A stretch of DNA of 64,000 nt from Octopus vulgaris (Eukaryota). The notes beneath the pieces are model-generated. The model was not told where the DNA came from and did no database searches. It saw only the letters and a list, made by a program, of their open reading frames with translations. A program made the translations under genes and the position numbers. Below, piece by piece: positions 13,072 to 27,090 of the stretch. The stretch spans positions 38,502,001 through 38,566,000 of the forward strand of contig OX597818.1 of the NCBI GenBank assembly GCA_951406725.2, read 5' to 3'. Each line of letters starts with the position of its first letter. The stretch's first letter is position 1.

Positions 13072-13921
13072 GAGGCGGCGAGCTGGCAGAAACGTTAGCA
13101 CGCCGGGCGAAATGGGTTGCCGTATTTCGCCCGTAGCTACGTTCTGAGTTCAAATTCCGCCGAGGTCGACTTTGCCTTTCATCCTTTCGGGGTTGATTAA
13201 ATAAATACCAGTTACGTACTGGGTCGTTATAATCGACTTAATCCGTTTGTCTGTGTTTAACCCCTTGTGGGTAGTAAAGAAATAGGTATTTCGTCTGTCT
13301 AGGGGCGGCGAGCTGGCAGAATCGTTAGCACACTGGCGAAATGGGTAGCCGTATTTCGCCCGTAGCTACGTTCTGAGTTCAAATTCCGCCGAGGTCGACT
13401 TTGCCTTTCATCCTTTCGGTGTCGATTAAATAAGTACCAGTTACGTACTGGGGTCGATATAATAGACTTAATCCGTTTGTCTGTGTTTAACCCCTTGTGG
13501 GCAGTAAAGAAATAGGTATTTCGTCTGTCTAGGGGCGGCGAGCTGGCAGAATCGTTAGCACGCCGGGCGAAATACGTAGCCGTATTTCGTCTGCCGTTAC
13601 GTTCTGAGCTCAAATTCCGCCGAGGTCGACTTTGCCTTTCGTCCTTTCGGGGTCGATAAATTAAGTACCAGTTACGCACTGGGGTCGATGTAATCGACTT
13701 AATCCGTTTGTCTATCCTTGTTTGCCCCCTCTGTGTTTAGCCCCTTGTGGGTAGTAAAGAAATAGGCATTTCGTCTGTCTTTACGTTCTGAGTTCAAATT
13801 TCGCCGAGGTCGACTTTGCCTTTTATCCTTTCGGAGTCGATAAATTAAGTACCAGTTGTGTACTGAGGTCGATCTAATCGACTGGCCCCTTCCCTCAGGC
13901 CTTGTGCCTAGAGTAGAAAAG
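13072..13921 (+). mobile_element. multimeric tRNA-derived SINE (Nin/Deu-type core) with 16-bp TSD
   Basis: Three head units of about 230-250 bp plus a 3' unit; B-box GAGTTCAAATTCC; core GCCTTTCATCCTTTCGGGGTCGATAAA; AATATTCTACAATTTG at 13056-13071 and 13922-13937. Confidence 0.88.
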
Positions 13922-14869
13922 AATATTCTACAATTTGAAAATATTTAGCGGATTTTTAAATACATAATGACAAAAGTGATATTTCTGTTACGTTTAAAAT
14001 CCGTATTCTCTGTATGGATATGTGGACTAATATAATAGAAATATAATTGGTTAAACCATATAATGAAATTAAGAGCTCACATATGTGCTTAACCGAAGTT
14101 TATGAGCGATCAGTTTAAAAGAGAAGCAAATACTCCAGAAAGTTTGAAACATTTTTCTAATCCAAAATAATTTGGTTTTTCATAGCTTTAACTAAAAATT
14201 TGTAATCTAAATCTACTGAAGTAAAATCTAAGACTTTAAATCTTTAAAAACCCAGTGGATGTTTTACATTTACTTTTTAGTATTGAGGCAATGCTCATGT
14301 CCATTTTGCAGGGCATCCAAAAATGGTGGGAGGGAGAGTAAATTATCCTCAAATCGTAGACCTCGTCTGAATGCTTCCATTCCTCCAAGAAAACCTGCCC
14401 GGTCTTGAAAAATATTACCTTGCTTAGAAATAGATGAGGGTTGGTGACAGGAATACATTTGGTTGTAAAAAAAAAAAAATCTGTTTCAACAAATTCTGTC
14501 TGATCTATGTAAGCATAGAAAACGGACACTTAAACTGATGTTTAATGTACATGGACGAGAGATTAAGATGTTTGCTTTGCAATTATGTTGGTTTCGGGAT
14601 TAATCTCAGCACCTTGGGTATTTCATTATAACCCCAGGTTAACCAGTATTTTGTGAGTAGATTTGGTAGAAGAAAATCTGTGCAGAAGCCTGTTATGTAT
14701 ATGTATGCATTTGTGTTTCTCTTTCACTGTTTAGCAACTAGTGTTAGTTTGTTTACATCCCCCTAATTTAGGGTTTGGGCAGAAAGGGTCGTCTAGTAAA
14801 GTAAAGGTTTGATCATCAACCCTCCAAGATGGTGCCTCAGCATAGCTGCTGTCCAGTGAGTGAAACAAG

Positions 14870-15700
14870 TTCCCTGACTAGTTCTGTAAGCGCACCAACA
14901 GATGGCAGCACATGATTGCGTGCATAATGACCTTCATGAGGCAGTATGTTGAGTAACATTGCTGTGTTTATTTCACACGTTGTGAAATTTGTGTTTTTGT
15001 GATCACGTATATGCTGTTGCCTGTGATTTGGTCACGGACAGGAAGAAAGAACCCACATGAAATTTTGTGTTAAACTTGGCAAGTCTGTTACAGAGACATT
15101 GAGCATACTTTGGCAAGTTTACAGCGATGAGGCAATGAGTTGTACACAATGTTTTGAGTGGCACAGGCGCTTCAAAAGTGGAAGATGATGAGCAATCTGG
15201 ATGACCTTTTATGAGCGTCATCCCCCAGAAAAGTGTTGTTGTGCTTTGAGTATTTATCCTCCAGGGCCAGACCTGCAATGTCTTGAAGTGTTTGTGGGAA
15301 GACATTTAGCAAAAGCGACTGGATCTGTTGAACTCAAAATATTGGATTCTTCAGGATGACAATACATTCTTTCACTGAGCTCCCCTACTCGTGAGTTTTC
15401 CTCCAAAAACAACATAGTATCACTTCCGTACAAGTCCTATTTGCCAGATTTTGCACCTGCAGACTTCCATCTTTTCTCTTAAGATGAAAATGCATCTCAG
15501 GGATTGCTGTTTTAATACCGCTGTCAAGATCCAGAATAGTCCTTGACTTCCTTATGGAAAATGATTTCCAGGCCGGATTCCAAAAGTGGCAGGAATGCTG
15601 GGACTGGTGTATTGCTGCACAAGGTGACTATTTTGAAGCAGATTATGTTAAAACTTGGGGAAATAAGTTATTTTTTATTAAACATAAACTAGTCCTGGAA
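14870..15700 (+). pseudogene. decayed mariner transposon
   Basis: Fragments KFCVKLGKS, CFEWHRRFKSGR, PYLPDFAPADF (YSPDLAP-like), FQKWQECWDWCIAAQGDYFE; TIR relics at 14870-14883 and 15687-15700. Confidence 0.85.
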
Positions 15701-16839
15701 GATCAATTAAAATATGGGAGCAATGCACTTAAGATTGTGTATTAGGCCAGCAGGTGTTTGAAATTTAAGTATTTTCTAACCTGAACAGGGTGCTTGGCAG
15801 TTATGATACCATTTTGTTCAATTTAGATTTGTAGTTCCCATTAAAAGTACCAGATTGGGAAGTCTCATTAGGAATGTGTTTGAGAGTTTTATTTTGTTTG
15901 ACCTATAATCAAATATATGTATCAATGGGTGATCAGCCTTGCTATTGAAAATCCAGTTTTAACTTTTTTTCTATATCATTGAATTTAGCAAGATCACTGA
16001 ATTTGTTTGGTAACATGCCACTTCATGTTAATTTGCAGTCGTTCAGCTAGTTATGGTATATCTAATGCAATAAATCTGTGGATCACACTTAGTTGTTTTA
16101 CTAGTGGTCTATTCCAAAAGGATTGATATGGATCTAAACAACAATTAAATCTAGCAATGATTTCCTTGTAGCCAACACACACAAAAGAGTATTATATGCA
16201 ATAAGTGATTGACATTGAAGATGTGTGTATGTATTGTAAAAACAGGATTTGTAGTTTTCTGCTGCTGGTGTTTTAAAAAAGAACTAACTTCAGTATCTGA
16301 TCGATGTGGATTAAGTGACATACGAGAGCAGTATTTTTACCAGTGGAACAAGTGCTTCAATGCACCATCACAAATGACTGACAGTATGCTGCTTCTAATA
16401 ATGGCTGAATACTTACCTCTAAGGTATTGTGAAAATGTCAAACCCTTCAGCTACTCACTTGGTTGTGTGCAGTATAGTTGTTGATGACATTGAAATTAAG
16501 AGTTTCAAAAACAGCATTAAATATGTACTGCCATTTGGTTATTGTTTTCAAATTTTATCAAGATGGAATTAACTTTTCTATTAAAATAGGATTTTATCGG
16601 TTTTGTAATGCACTTGTGTACAGGAAACAAGCTCACTACAAAACATGTGAAGACAGTTGTTACTGGTGTCATTGTCAACTGGTTGCTATATTATTTTCAG
16701 TCATAAAGCTTGAGGCTTTTTAAAATTTTTTATACAATATCAAACAATATTATTTTGTAACAAATGTTAGTTGCCCCATGAACATTCAGAATAGAAAAGA
16801 TTTTATTTGTTTTGTCATATTTTTGATGTTTTGTAACAG

Positions 16840-16906
16840 GTTTGCAAATACTTTTTGTGTGGGTTTTGTCCTCATGAGTTGTTTGTTAATACAAGAGCAG
16901 ATCTTG
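16840..16906 (+). CDS. LUC7L3: LUC7L3 exon 2 (zinc finger 1)
   Basis: cag|VCKYFLCGFCPHELFVNTRADL(G)|gtgagt, 67 nt. Confidence 0.97.
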
Positions 16907-17309
16907 GTGAGTATTTTGCTTTATATAATAACTTTATTGTCTATGTTCATAGCTAGTTATATAATAAGTCTATTTACATCAGTTATAAATTCTTGCACTT
17001 TTGACTGAAAATATTTTAATGAATTCATCATTATAACTTACCCCAAAATCTAATTTCCTCTATTATGAACTTTTCAGGGAAAGACTAAGAGAATATAATT
17101 ATATTTTAATTTTTCTCATTTCATTCATATTGAATTGATTACAAATTTATTCCTTTAAATGTCCCTGTCAAAAGATTTGCCAGATATTTTTTATAGTTCC
17201 CAACAATTGTATGATAAAGTATGATAGACACTTGTTTTCTGAAGAACACTCCACAATGCAATCTATGATTTAAGGTTGTAATCAGTAATATCTTTGTCCA
17301 GTGAAATGT

Positions 17310-17530
17310 CTAACCCTTTAGCATTTAAACCAGTCAAGTGCAACCCAAATATTCTACTTGTTTTATGTTCACATCAGCCAGATCTCACCTCATACATACC
17401 CTGCAATGTCATTCTAAAAATAAACAATCACATTAAAATATTGAAGCTATGAAATATTGCAGGATTAATTTAAAACAGTGTGAATAAAGGAGCATTACAT
17501 TTAGCAGTAATCAGAATGTTAAAGGGTTAA
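17310..17530. mobile_element. piggyBac-like MITE, same family as 1003-1504
   Basis: TAACCCTTTAGCATT...AATGTTAAAGGGTTAA. Confidence 0.75.
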
Positions 17531-20265
17531 TAGTAGCTAAGTTCCCCTGGTCTTTTTTTTCTTTTTTTTATGAGAAATAGGTGTAAAGAAAATTGAAATT
17601 TTTTTTTCTTGTAAGCATGACTTCATTATTTTACTCTGTTTTGTGTCCAATTTCTCCCTGGTTAGGATGACAGCCTATTCTGATATTTTATCATGTTGAT
17701 TATTTGGAGGTTCTACATAGTTTATATATCGTCATTATCATCATCATCATTTAACATCCACTTCCCATGCTGGCATGGGTTGGATGATTTGACTAAGGAC
17801 TGGCAAGTCAGGCAGCTGCACCAGGCTCCAATCTGATCTGGCAAGGTTTTTACAGCTGGATGCCCTTCCTAATGCCAACCACTCTGAGAGTGTAGTGGGT
17901 GCTTTTTATGTGCCACTGGCATCGACCATGCTCAGATAGTGTTTTTTATGTGCCTCCAGCACTGGCATTGGCCACGACAGTGATTTCACTTGACTCAACA
18001 GGTCTTCTCAAGCACAAATTGCTATTTTAAGAGGAACCAAATGAAGCAGTTACGTGATGAATGCATCTGATATTTTGTGGTTTTATTTCACTTTTACAAC
18101 ATTATCATCATCTTTGTTTAACATCCACCGTCTATGCTGGCATGGGTGAGGCATATTCTTATTAGTAATATTATCAAAGTGAGGAGGGTTTTATTTTTCT
18201 ATTTTGATGTGCAGAAACAGATGGTGGTATTTAGAAATAGTTCTAAACATGAATTAGTTTTCAATATTCTATAAAAATAACATTACTCTTTTGTAATGCC
18301 TTTTCATAAATTTAATCCCTGAATGGATCAATTATTTTGACATGGCGTTTCATTTCAGAGCATTTTTTTTATTATTTCCTTTTTTAATTATATACACTGT
18401 TAATTACAAAAAGTTTTTTTTATCTTGTTTCCTTTATTTTTTATTATAGAAATTAAAATGTACTTTTACTCATTTGGATTTAAATGAGTTAACTAGGACA
18501 TTGAAAAAGTATATATAACTTAATATCTTTGATTTTTTATAAGATGTATTGCTTTTAAATCAAGGGAAAGTTTTTAAAAAATGAGATGATAGTTTATTTA
18601 GAATGATAATTTTTAAAACAAGGAGTTACACACAAAGTTATCTTGCAGGCTTCACACATGTATCTGCTTTCTCTTTGAATCTTCTTTCCTTTAGCGTCTC
18701 TCTTCTCTGCGCATTTTGCACACTGTCTTGTAGGGTTCTTTTTCTTATCACATGGTGGTATTTCCATGAGAAAGTAACCAACTGGGGCAAATCGTGTTGG
18801 ATGTGGGATTGATGATAGTTTTCTTGGTTTCGTGGGGGTATGTGTTTATTGAGGTGCAGTGGACATCTGTATGGGCCTTATGGCACAAGGTGAGTAGAAG
18901 TGAATGGGAAGGGTGGAAGCTACAAGAGTATATGGGAGAGTGAAAAACATTAGAAATTAAATTATTTTGCAAGGTTTTTCATGTGTCTATGTTTGTGTGG
19001 GGAAGGAGGTGGGAGTAGTGTTGAAGGGAAAGGTAGAGGAAGAATGGGATAATGAGGAAAATAAGTGGTGGCAAAGATGTGAAGTGTGTTGGAGTGAGAA
19101 ATATTCAGTGTCGGGGATGAAGTCAGGTACATGACGGTAATGATCATAGGTAATTAGGCGGGCTACTGCTGGCAAAATAAAGAGTTGTATAAAGGAAAAG
19201 TTAAGTGAAAGGGGTATTTAGTGAATAATAAGGTGGTAAGAGATGGTGCTGAGAATGTGTTAGACAAAGAAAGTGGTTCCAGGAAGGGTTAGAGGTAGAG
19301 AGATGAAATATGTCCACTTTTGCTCTCATAATTACAACAGCTGAGTAAGTAGTGCTGTAATCAGAATAAAAATTTGAAGTTAGGTGTTAGGAAGCTATGT
19401 GAGGGAGAGATTCATCAAGGACAGGTTGGTTACAGGGTCATAGACATAAGTATTATGTTTTTAGGGCCTCATTGTTGTTTAGATGGGCAGGTCTTCACAA
19501 GCACAGCAAGTCACTGATCTCAGTCCTTTGTCATCTCCTCCATGAGGCTAAACAGTTAGATGTCATTCTTCACTACTTCATTCCACATCTTCCCATGTCT
19601 TCCTCTTGCACTGGTCCCATTCACCCTTAGCGGCTGGTACTTTATGCAGCTATCCCCAGCTTTATGCATCACATGGCCATACTAGCACTGTCTTCTCTCT
19701 TGCACACTACATCTGATGCCTTCTATGCCCAATTCTTCTCTCAATATATGTGCACTTCATTGTACATGCACACTGATGATGCACTTCTGTGCTGGCATGG
19801 GCTGGATGAGGCTTTGTGAAGCAGTATCCTTTCTGATGCTCTTCCTGACTTGTTTTCCAAGTACAGTACTTTATCTGTCTTTGCATGTTGGACAGCCAAG
19901 CTGCTGAACTTTTTATTAGTGTCAAATATAAACAATGTGACTACAGCTTCAATGCTGTCAGTGCTAAGATATTTGGACAAATACCAACACACATGCACAC
20001 ACACACACACACACACTGATACATACATACACACACACTAGGTTTCTGCACAGCTTCCATCTGCCAAATTTCATGTTTATGGTATTGGTTACCCCAAGAT
20101 TTGTAGAATTCACTTGCCTAAAGAACTATGTAGTGGGGCTGAACCTGAACTCATGTAATTGCAAAGAGAACTTGTTAATCACAGCCATCCCAACGTACAC
20201 ACAAACTACAATTTTGTAAAATGTAATAATGAAAACTATTAATTGAATCCTTGTTACTTTTCCAG

Positions 20266-20305
20266 GAAATTGTGAAAAAATTCATGATGATGTATTACGA
20301 AAAGA
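20266..20305 (+). CDS. LUC7L3: LUC7L3 exon 3
   Basis: ccag|(G)NCEKIHDDVLRK(E)|gtaagt, 40 nt, completes CCCH ZnF1. Confidence 0.96.
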
Positions 20306-21182
20306 GTAAGTAATAAATTTTTCAAATTGTGGATTAGTAGCAATAGTGGTGGTGTTCTAGATTTAAAGCTTTAAAGTATTTAGTTTTGTTTATCTTTATT
20401 CTGAGATCAAATTCTGCCCAAGTTGATTTTGTTTTGCGTCAGTAAAACCATTATCAGTAATGCATTTACTTGATTCAGTGTTATTAAGTGAAAAAAAAAA
20501 AAAAAAAAATTTAACAGAGACTGAGTTGATTTAGCAGTTTTGATATAAATTTTTAAAAAATTCTTCTGTTTTCTTATGTGAACTGTGAGAAAATAGAAAA
20601 TTTTAAAGTGTTGCTTGAAATATATTTATATTTCACAACATGGTCTCTTTATTATAATAGACTGTTTTTTTTTTGATTTTTTTGTAACTATTCTTTAAAA
20701 AATGTTATCATCAGAGGAAAGTTTGCTCTTTTTTATGTTTGAATCTGACTTCATTATCTTAAACTAACACATTAAAATTTCTTTTTCATAACTATCCATA
20801 GTTCTAAATAGAAAGTGTATTATGGTGCACATATAATATCTCATATACTAGATTTACTGTTTAAATATCCATAAATTGTCTTTGGGAATTTATAATTACC
20901 AGAAGACAATTGTATTACTAGCCAAAAAAGCAGCTCATGGTGGCAGACTTTTTAGTCTACCTCTTGCAGATGTTGTTGATTCATCAGCCTAAGAATTGAA
21001 GAACTTTAAAAAAGAAGACCTGAGATGGCATCAGTTATTCTTTATTTGCATAAATAAAGTTTATTGTACGAAACTTTGGAAGATTGAGTGAAGTTCTATA
21101 TGTATATATATATCTTTATTTGTCTGTATGTTTGTATGTATGTATGTATCTATCTATCTATCTATCTATATATATATATATA

Positions 21183-21380
21183 TCATCATCATCATCATTT
21201 AGCGTCCGCTTTCCATGCTAGCATGGGTTGGACGGTTCAACTGGGGTCTGGGAAGCCTGAAGGCTGCACCAGGCCCAGTCTGATCTGGCAGTGTTTCTAA
21301 GGCTGGATGCCCTTCCTAACGCTAACCACTCTGTGAGTGTAGTGGCTGCTTTTTACGTGCCACCCGCACAGGTGCCAGAT
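21183..21380 (-). mobile_element. RTE LINE 3'-tail copy
   Basis: (CAT)n TTTAGCGTCCGCTTTCCATGCTAGCATGGG..., matching the 3' end of the LINE at 52843-54835. Confidence 0.9.
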
Positions 21381-21624
21381 ATAATTTAGAGAAAAACTAC
21401 TATTAAGCAATTCAATACAGATGTTACTCACATTATATAGAAAACTTATACTATATAAAAAAACCGTATTTTAAATCAATAAAGTACAATAAACAGTATT
21501 ATTTATTATTTATTGTAATTTATTGATTTAAAATAAGGTTTTTTTATAGTGTAAGTTTTCTATATGGTGTGAATAACATCTTTCTTTATTGACTTGTTTA
21601 ATAGTGGTTTTTCTTTAAATTATA
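21380..21624. repeat. AT-rich fold-back element
   Basis: Imperfect inverted arms of about 115 bp with a short spacer. Confidence 0.8.
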
Positions 21625-21712
21625 TACATACATTGTATATTGTGAAATTTGATTTAAAAATTGTTAAATTGAATTTTTCCCTGTAAGTTTTGGAATTATA
21701 TTCCCTACTATT

Positions 21713-21743
21713 ATGTATATATATATGTGTGTATATATGTATG

Positions 21744-21776
<33 letters not shown>

Positions 21777-21891
21777 ATATATATATATGTGTGTGTGTGT
21801 ATATATATATATGTATGTGTGTGTATATATATGTGTGTGTGTGTGTGTATATATATGTGTGTGTGTGTGTATATATATATGTGTGTGTGTG

Positions 21892-21942
<51 letters not shown>

Positions 21943-22027
21943 GTGTGTGTGTGTATATATATATGTGTGTGTGTATATATATATGTGTGTGTGTGTATAT
22001 ATATATGTGTGTGTGTATATATATATA

Positions 22028-22060
<33 letters not shown>

Positions 22061-22109
22061 GTGTGTATATATGTATATATATATATATGTGTGTATATAT
22101 GTATATATA

Positions 22110-22152
<43 letters not shown>

Positions 22153-22930
22153 ATATATGTATATATATGTGTGTATATATGTATATATATGTGTGTATAT
22201 ATGTATATATATGTGTGTATATATGTATATATATATGTGTGTATATGTATATATGTGTATATATGTGTATATGTATATATATATGTGTGTATATATGTAT
22301 ATATATATATGTGAATATATGTATATATATATATGTGTGTATACATGTACGTATATATATATGTGTGAATATATGTGTATATATGTATATATATATGCGT
22401 ATATATATATGTGAATATATGTATATATATACATGTGAATATATGTATATATATACATGTGAATATATGTATATATATACATGTGAATATATGTATATAT
22501 ATACATGTGAATATATGTATATATATACATGTGAATATATGTATATATATACATGTGAATATATGTATATATATACATGTGAATATATGTATATATGTGA
22601 ATATATGCATATATGTGAATATATGCATATATGTGAATATATATATATGTGAATATATGCATATATGTGAATATATGCATATATGTGAATATATGTATAT
22701 ATGTGAATATATGTATATATGTGAATATATGCATATATATATATATGTGAATATATGTGTATATATGCATATATATATATGTGTATATATATATATATGT
22801 GCGTGTGTGTGTATATATGTGCGTGTGTGTGTATATATGTACATATGAGTGTATATATGTACATATGAGTGTATATATATGTATATATTTGTGTATATAT
22901 ATATGTATGTATGTATATATATATATGTAT
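21713..22930. repeat. compound (TA)/(TG) microsatellite with a 24-bp higher-order unit
   Basis: ATGTGAATATATGTATATATATAC repeated about 7 times near 22409-22580; source of the long Y/I/H/T ORFs. Confidence 0.97.
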
Positions 22931-23368
22931 TTGTTTAACTAAAAGTGGTGCACCTGCATGGCTGCAGTCAAAATGACCAACAAGTAAAAGATGTGTGTGT
23001 GTGTGTAGGTAGATTATGTACTACTCAAGAATTTACAAAACAATCTAATTCATTACTCTCATGACAGAAAGAAAAATTAATTGCAAAATATGTGTTTATT
23101 CTATTATTATTATTATTATTATCATCATCAGTGTTATCAAGACAGCAAGCTTGAAGAATTGTTAGTACACTGGTAAAATGGCTTAGCAGCTTTTCATCTG
23201 TCTTGACTTTCTGAGTTCAAATTCTGCTAAAATCAACTCTGCCTTTCATCCTTTCTACTTTGATAACCCACTTCCTCAAAGTTGCTGGCCTTGTGCCAAA
23301 ATTTTAAGCCTTTATTATCAGTGTTATTTTTGGCAGTGGATTTATATTTACTTATTTATTATTTTAAG

Positions 23369-23507
23369 GTATACGAAAAGTGGTCGGTTTGAAAAAATGG
23401 GATATGAGGAAGAATTTATGCGTTTCCTTCAAACTTTGATTTCTGATGTTGAAAGAAGGATTCGAAGGGGCCATCAGCGCTTAGCCTTGAATAGTACCCA
23501 AGGAACA
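23369..23507 (+). CDS. LUC7L3: LUC7L3 exon 4
   Basis: aag|YTKSGRFEKMGYEEEFMRFLQTLISDVERRIRRGHQRLALNSTQGT|gtaagt. Confidence 0.97.
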
Positions 23508-24125
23508 GTAAGTAATTCAAATTTGTTTATATACCTCTTTTAGTACAGTATAAATTGTTTTCCTAAATATTGCGTTTTTCTTAGAAAAACGGCAGTGTAC
23601 TATTTGTAAAAACGTCTTTTTTTCATAAACATTAAAACCATTTTGTTAGATCTGAAAAATATATTATATAGTCTAGTCATTTTAAATATTTAAGATTTTC
23701 CAGTAACAACTTGTGCTTATGAGAAATGCGATGTGTTATAGTATTAGGAAATATTAATATTTTGAGCTCCAGATGTATCATATTTGTTGAAAAATGCCGT
23801 TGTTTAGGTAATATGGGATGGAAATTGGTAAAAATTATTCAAAACTGAAGAACAAATATAAGCTGTTATTTTGCCCCACCCCACCCTACAAGGAGATCTA
23901 TGGTCAAAGGTGTTCCAACCATAACCAATTCACCTTATTTTCAGATGCAGTGTATCTAGGATTACATTATCCAATGTGCCTTTCTCCTTTTAAAGATGGT
24001 AGGTGTGCTTGGGGGAGATTTGGCCACTATTTCTAGCTGGTCGTGTGTCTAAGTAAAGGCTTCCTCATTGACACATGAATTTCTGGTTAGAGCATAATAT
24101 GCCTGGTAAACATGTTTATAGATTA

Positions 24126-24523
24126 CTAGCAGTATCACCCGGCGTTGCTCGGGTTTGTAAGGGAAATAATTATATAAGCATTTTTAGAGATGTAAAGTAT
24201 AATAGCCATCTCAATATGGCTAGCCACAAAGTGGGGTGTTACTGTAGCTTTTTACATTCTGAGATTTAATAATACATTTTTAGAGAGTTACTTCCCTTAT
24301 ATAATAGCAGAAAAATTCATTAAAAATGGGAAAAAATGATGGTAAATTTTTTTTTAAATCGTAGACTCATCGTAGATGCGCGCTAATACCCAGAAGGGCT
24401 GGATGTGAATCACGACTATAAGATACCCGCTTTTGGTTACACTGCACCGCAAAATGTGGGAGTAGTTAGGAATCTAAATCATAGGAGACAGACACCACAC
24501 AACCTCACTTTTATATATATAGA
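24126..24523 (-). mobile_element. non-autonomous Helitron
   Basis: 5' TC, 3' CTAG, subterminal hairpin CCCGAGCAACGCCGGG, A^T target; sister copy at 35212. Confidence 0.88.
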
Positions 24524-24619
24524 TTTTTAAACATGCTACATGGCTAGTGTTCCTGGTAGTTATAAGAAATAAAGTTTTAGTAGTTTAGTATTTTTCATGA
24601 AGATTTTGACTCCTCGTCT

Positions 24620-25073
24620 TTGTGGACCAGTGCCGGTGGCACACAAGAAAATCATCCGAACGTGGCCGTAGCCAGTACCGCATAGACTGGCCTCCGTGCT
24701 TTGGGGACGTAACAAACACCATCCGATCGTGGCCGTCCGCCAGCCTCATCTGGCACCTGTGTCGGTGGCACATAAAAACACCATCCGAGCGTGGCCGTCT
24801 GCCAGCCTCGTCTGGCACCTGTGTCGGTGGCACATAAAAACACCATCCGAGCGTGGCCGTTCGCCAGCCTCGTCTGGCACCTGTGTCGGTGGCACATAAA
24901 ATCACCCACTACACTCTCGGAGTGGTTGGCGTTAGGAAGGGCATCCAGCTGTAGAAACACTGCCAGATCTGACTGGCCTGGTGCAGCCTTCGGGCTCCCC
25001 AGACCCCAGTTGAACCGTCCAACCCATGCTAGCATGGAAAACGGACGCTAAATGATGATGATGATGATGATGA
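24620..25073 (+). mobile_element. RTE 3'-tail copy with three internal repeats of about 61 bp
   Basis: CACCATCCGAGCGTGGCCGT...GGTGGCACATAAAA x3; ends GCTAAAT(GAT)n. Confidence 0.9.
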
Positions 25074-26814
25074 TTTGTTGTATGTTTTCATATTTTGAAT
25101 TAGTTTTTTTTGTTAATTTCACTAAGTATTTTTTGTTTGAATTTCTTCTGAATACTTTGAATTTTGTATTAAGCAATTACAAATTTTGACGTAAACAAAA
25201 TTATTTTTATAGTATTCGTATTTATTGCTGAAAATAAGGTACCGTGTTAAAAGGACTGGTGCTGGTGCTACATAAAAAATATACTCTATAGAATGGCTGG
25301 CATTAGGAAGGGCATCCAGCTGTAGAAGCCTTGCCAGAACAGATATTGGTGCCTGGTGCAACCTCTGGCCTTACAAGCTTTGGTCAGACTGTCCGGCTGA
25401 TGCCTGTGTGGAAAATGGATGTTAAATGATAATAATAAGGATTACATAGTGTTCATTAGCAAATATCTTGAAGTTCCTTTTTGAGAACAAAGTGGCTAAA
25501 AGAATCATTACAAGAGGAAATAAAGAGAGACACTAGATAAAATAGTCCAGGGTACACTTGGCTGGAAAAAAAAAAAGTAAAATGGATATCTTCAATACCT
25601 TTTGATCATAGGTTAGATCACTCAGGGCTAAACAATAACTTCATGAATTAGATTCTCTTATCATTCATACCAGATTCCATATTAAACATATTCAATGCTT
25701 TCTCATTGGTGTTCCTTGTCCACATGCTCCCACTTCCACCTGTAACAATTCAAACTGAAGATTTCTCAAGTTTTCTGTATTTTTTAGGAAGGACTTTATA
25801 GTTGCATTCACTTTTCTGTTTTACTAATTCAAGAACATGTATTCTATATAAATCATAACAGAACACTGTCTAGCCTATACTTACAATGTAATAAAAAAAT
25901 TATTTAGGAAGGAAAACATTAAGAAAAGATTTCTTAACCTATTCATTATAGTATATTTCTAACTAGAAATACTCTTTCTGTTAAATTGTAAAATAATTGT
26001 GAATTTAGGCTATTTTCATAAAACAACTATAACTTTTTTGTTTATTGATGTATTAAGGTGATGTTTGGAACACAACATAGCAAAAGATTCTTACATAAGT
26101 CTATGATGGAATTTTTGTCTCAAAACTACTTTAATTACAGGTAAATTCAGTGAAATCTAAAATTATTTAAATTTTTGTTTAAATATTACCATATAAAATG
26201 AGTTAGTAGCCTATATTCTTTTGGGATTAATAAAGTTGTAATAAAGGACATCAGGGAATATTGTACCTTCTTGTATTTTTATTTACACTTGAGTGCATAT
26301 AAATGAGGTACACAAAAGTAGATTATCACTAACGAAGCAGAATTTGCCTCTCCGTTTCTGGGTAAATTCAAAACTCAAAAATAAGGCAAATTAGAAAATA
26401 AAGTATTCCAGAATGCTCATTGGAAAGTTATTTCAATTGACCACCCATTGGGTTGCTTTCCATTTCTGGTATTTGCATTCTCAGTATGCTATCTTGCAAC
26501 TATTATGAAGTTGGTCAAATTTAAAAGGATATTTCTATGTAGATTTTTTTTTTCTGAGAGAAAGCCTGTCCTCAGCTCAATTCTGCAGCTGGGTACATTG
26601 CTTTCGTACTCTTAGTGATTTGGTTATTAACAAAATTTTTTAAAAAATGTCAGTACTTATATTTACTGTATATCACAGCAAGTGTTGCTTTCCACCAGGT
26701 TTACCTGGTAAAAGCTCATAGTTCAGTTTAATCAAACTATATTGCCTCAATTGAACTGTTTTGATTGAAGTTTACAAATGATGTGCCACTTATAGCTTTA
26801 TGTGGTTGAACATA

Positions 26815-27090
26815 TCATCGTTTAACGTCCATTCTCCATGCTAGCATGGGTTGGACGGTTCGACCGGGGATCTGGGAAGCCAGAAGGCTGCACCAGGCTC
26901 CGGTCTTATCTGGCAATGTTTCTACAGCTGGATCCCCTTCCTAACGCCAACCACTACGTGAGTGTAGTGGGTGCTTTTTACGTGCCACCTGCACTGGTGC
27001 CAGGCGAGGCTGGCATCGGCCACTGTCGGATTGGTGCATTTTACGTGCCACCTGCACGGAAGCCAGTCGAGGCGGCACTGGCTTCGGCCA
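26815..27090 (-). mobile_element. RTE 3'-tail copy
   Basis: CATCGTTTAACGTCC...CATGCTAGCATGGG family. Confidence 0.88.

Noticed and set aside
21620-22942. Long Y/I/H/T/C/V-rich ORFs of up to 414 aa in all frames
   Set aside because: Translations of a (TA)/(TG) microsatellite that happens to lack stop codons.
24622-24900. Regular repeats of about 61 bp with internal palindromes, CRISPR-like at first glance
   Set aside because: No unique spacers; they are internal tandem repeats of the RTE tail in a eukaryotic intron.
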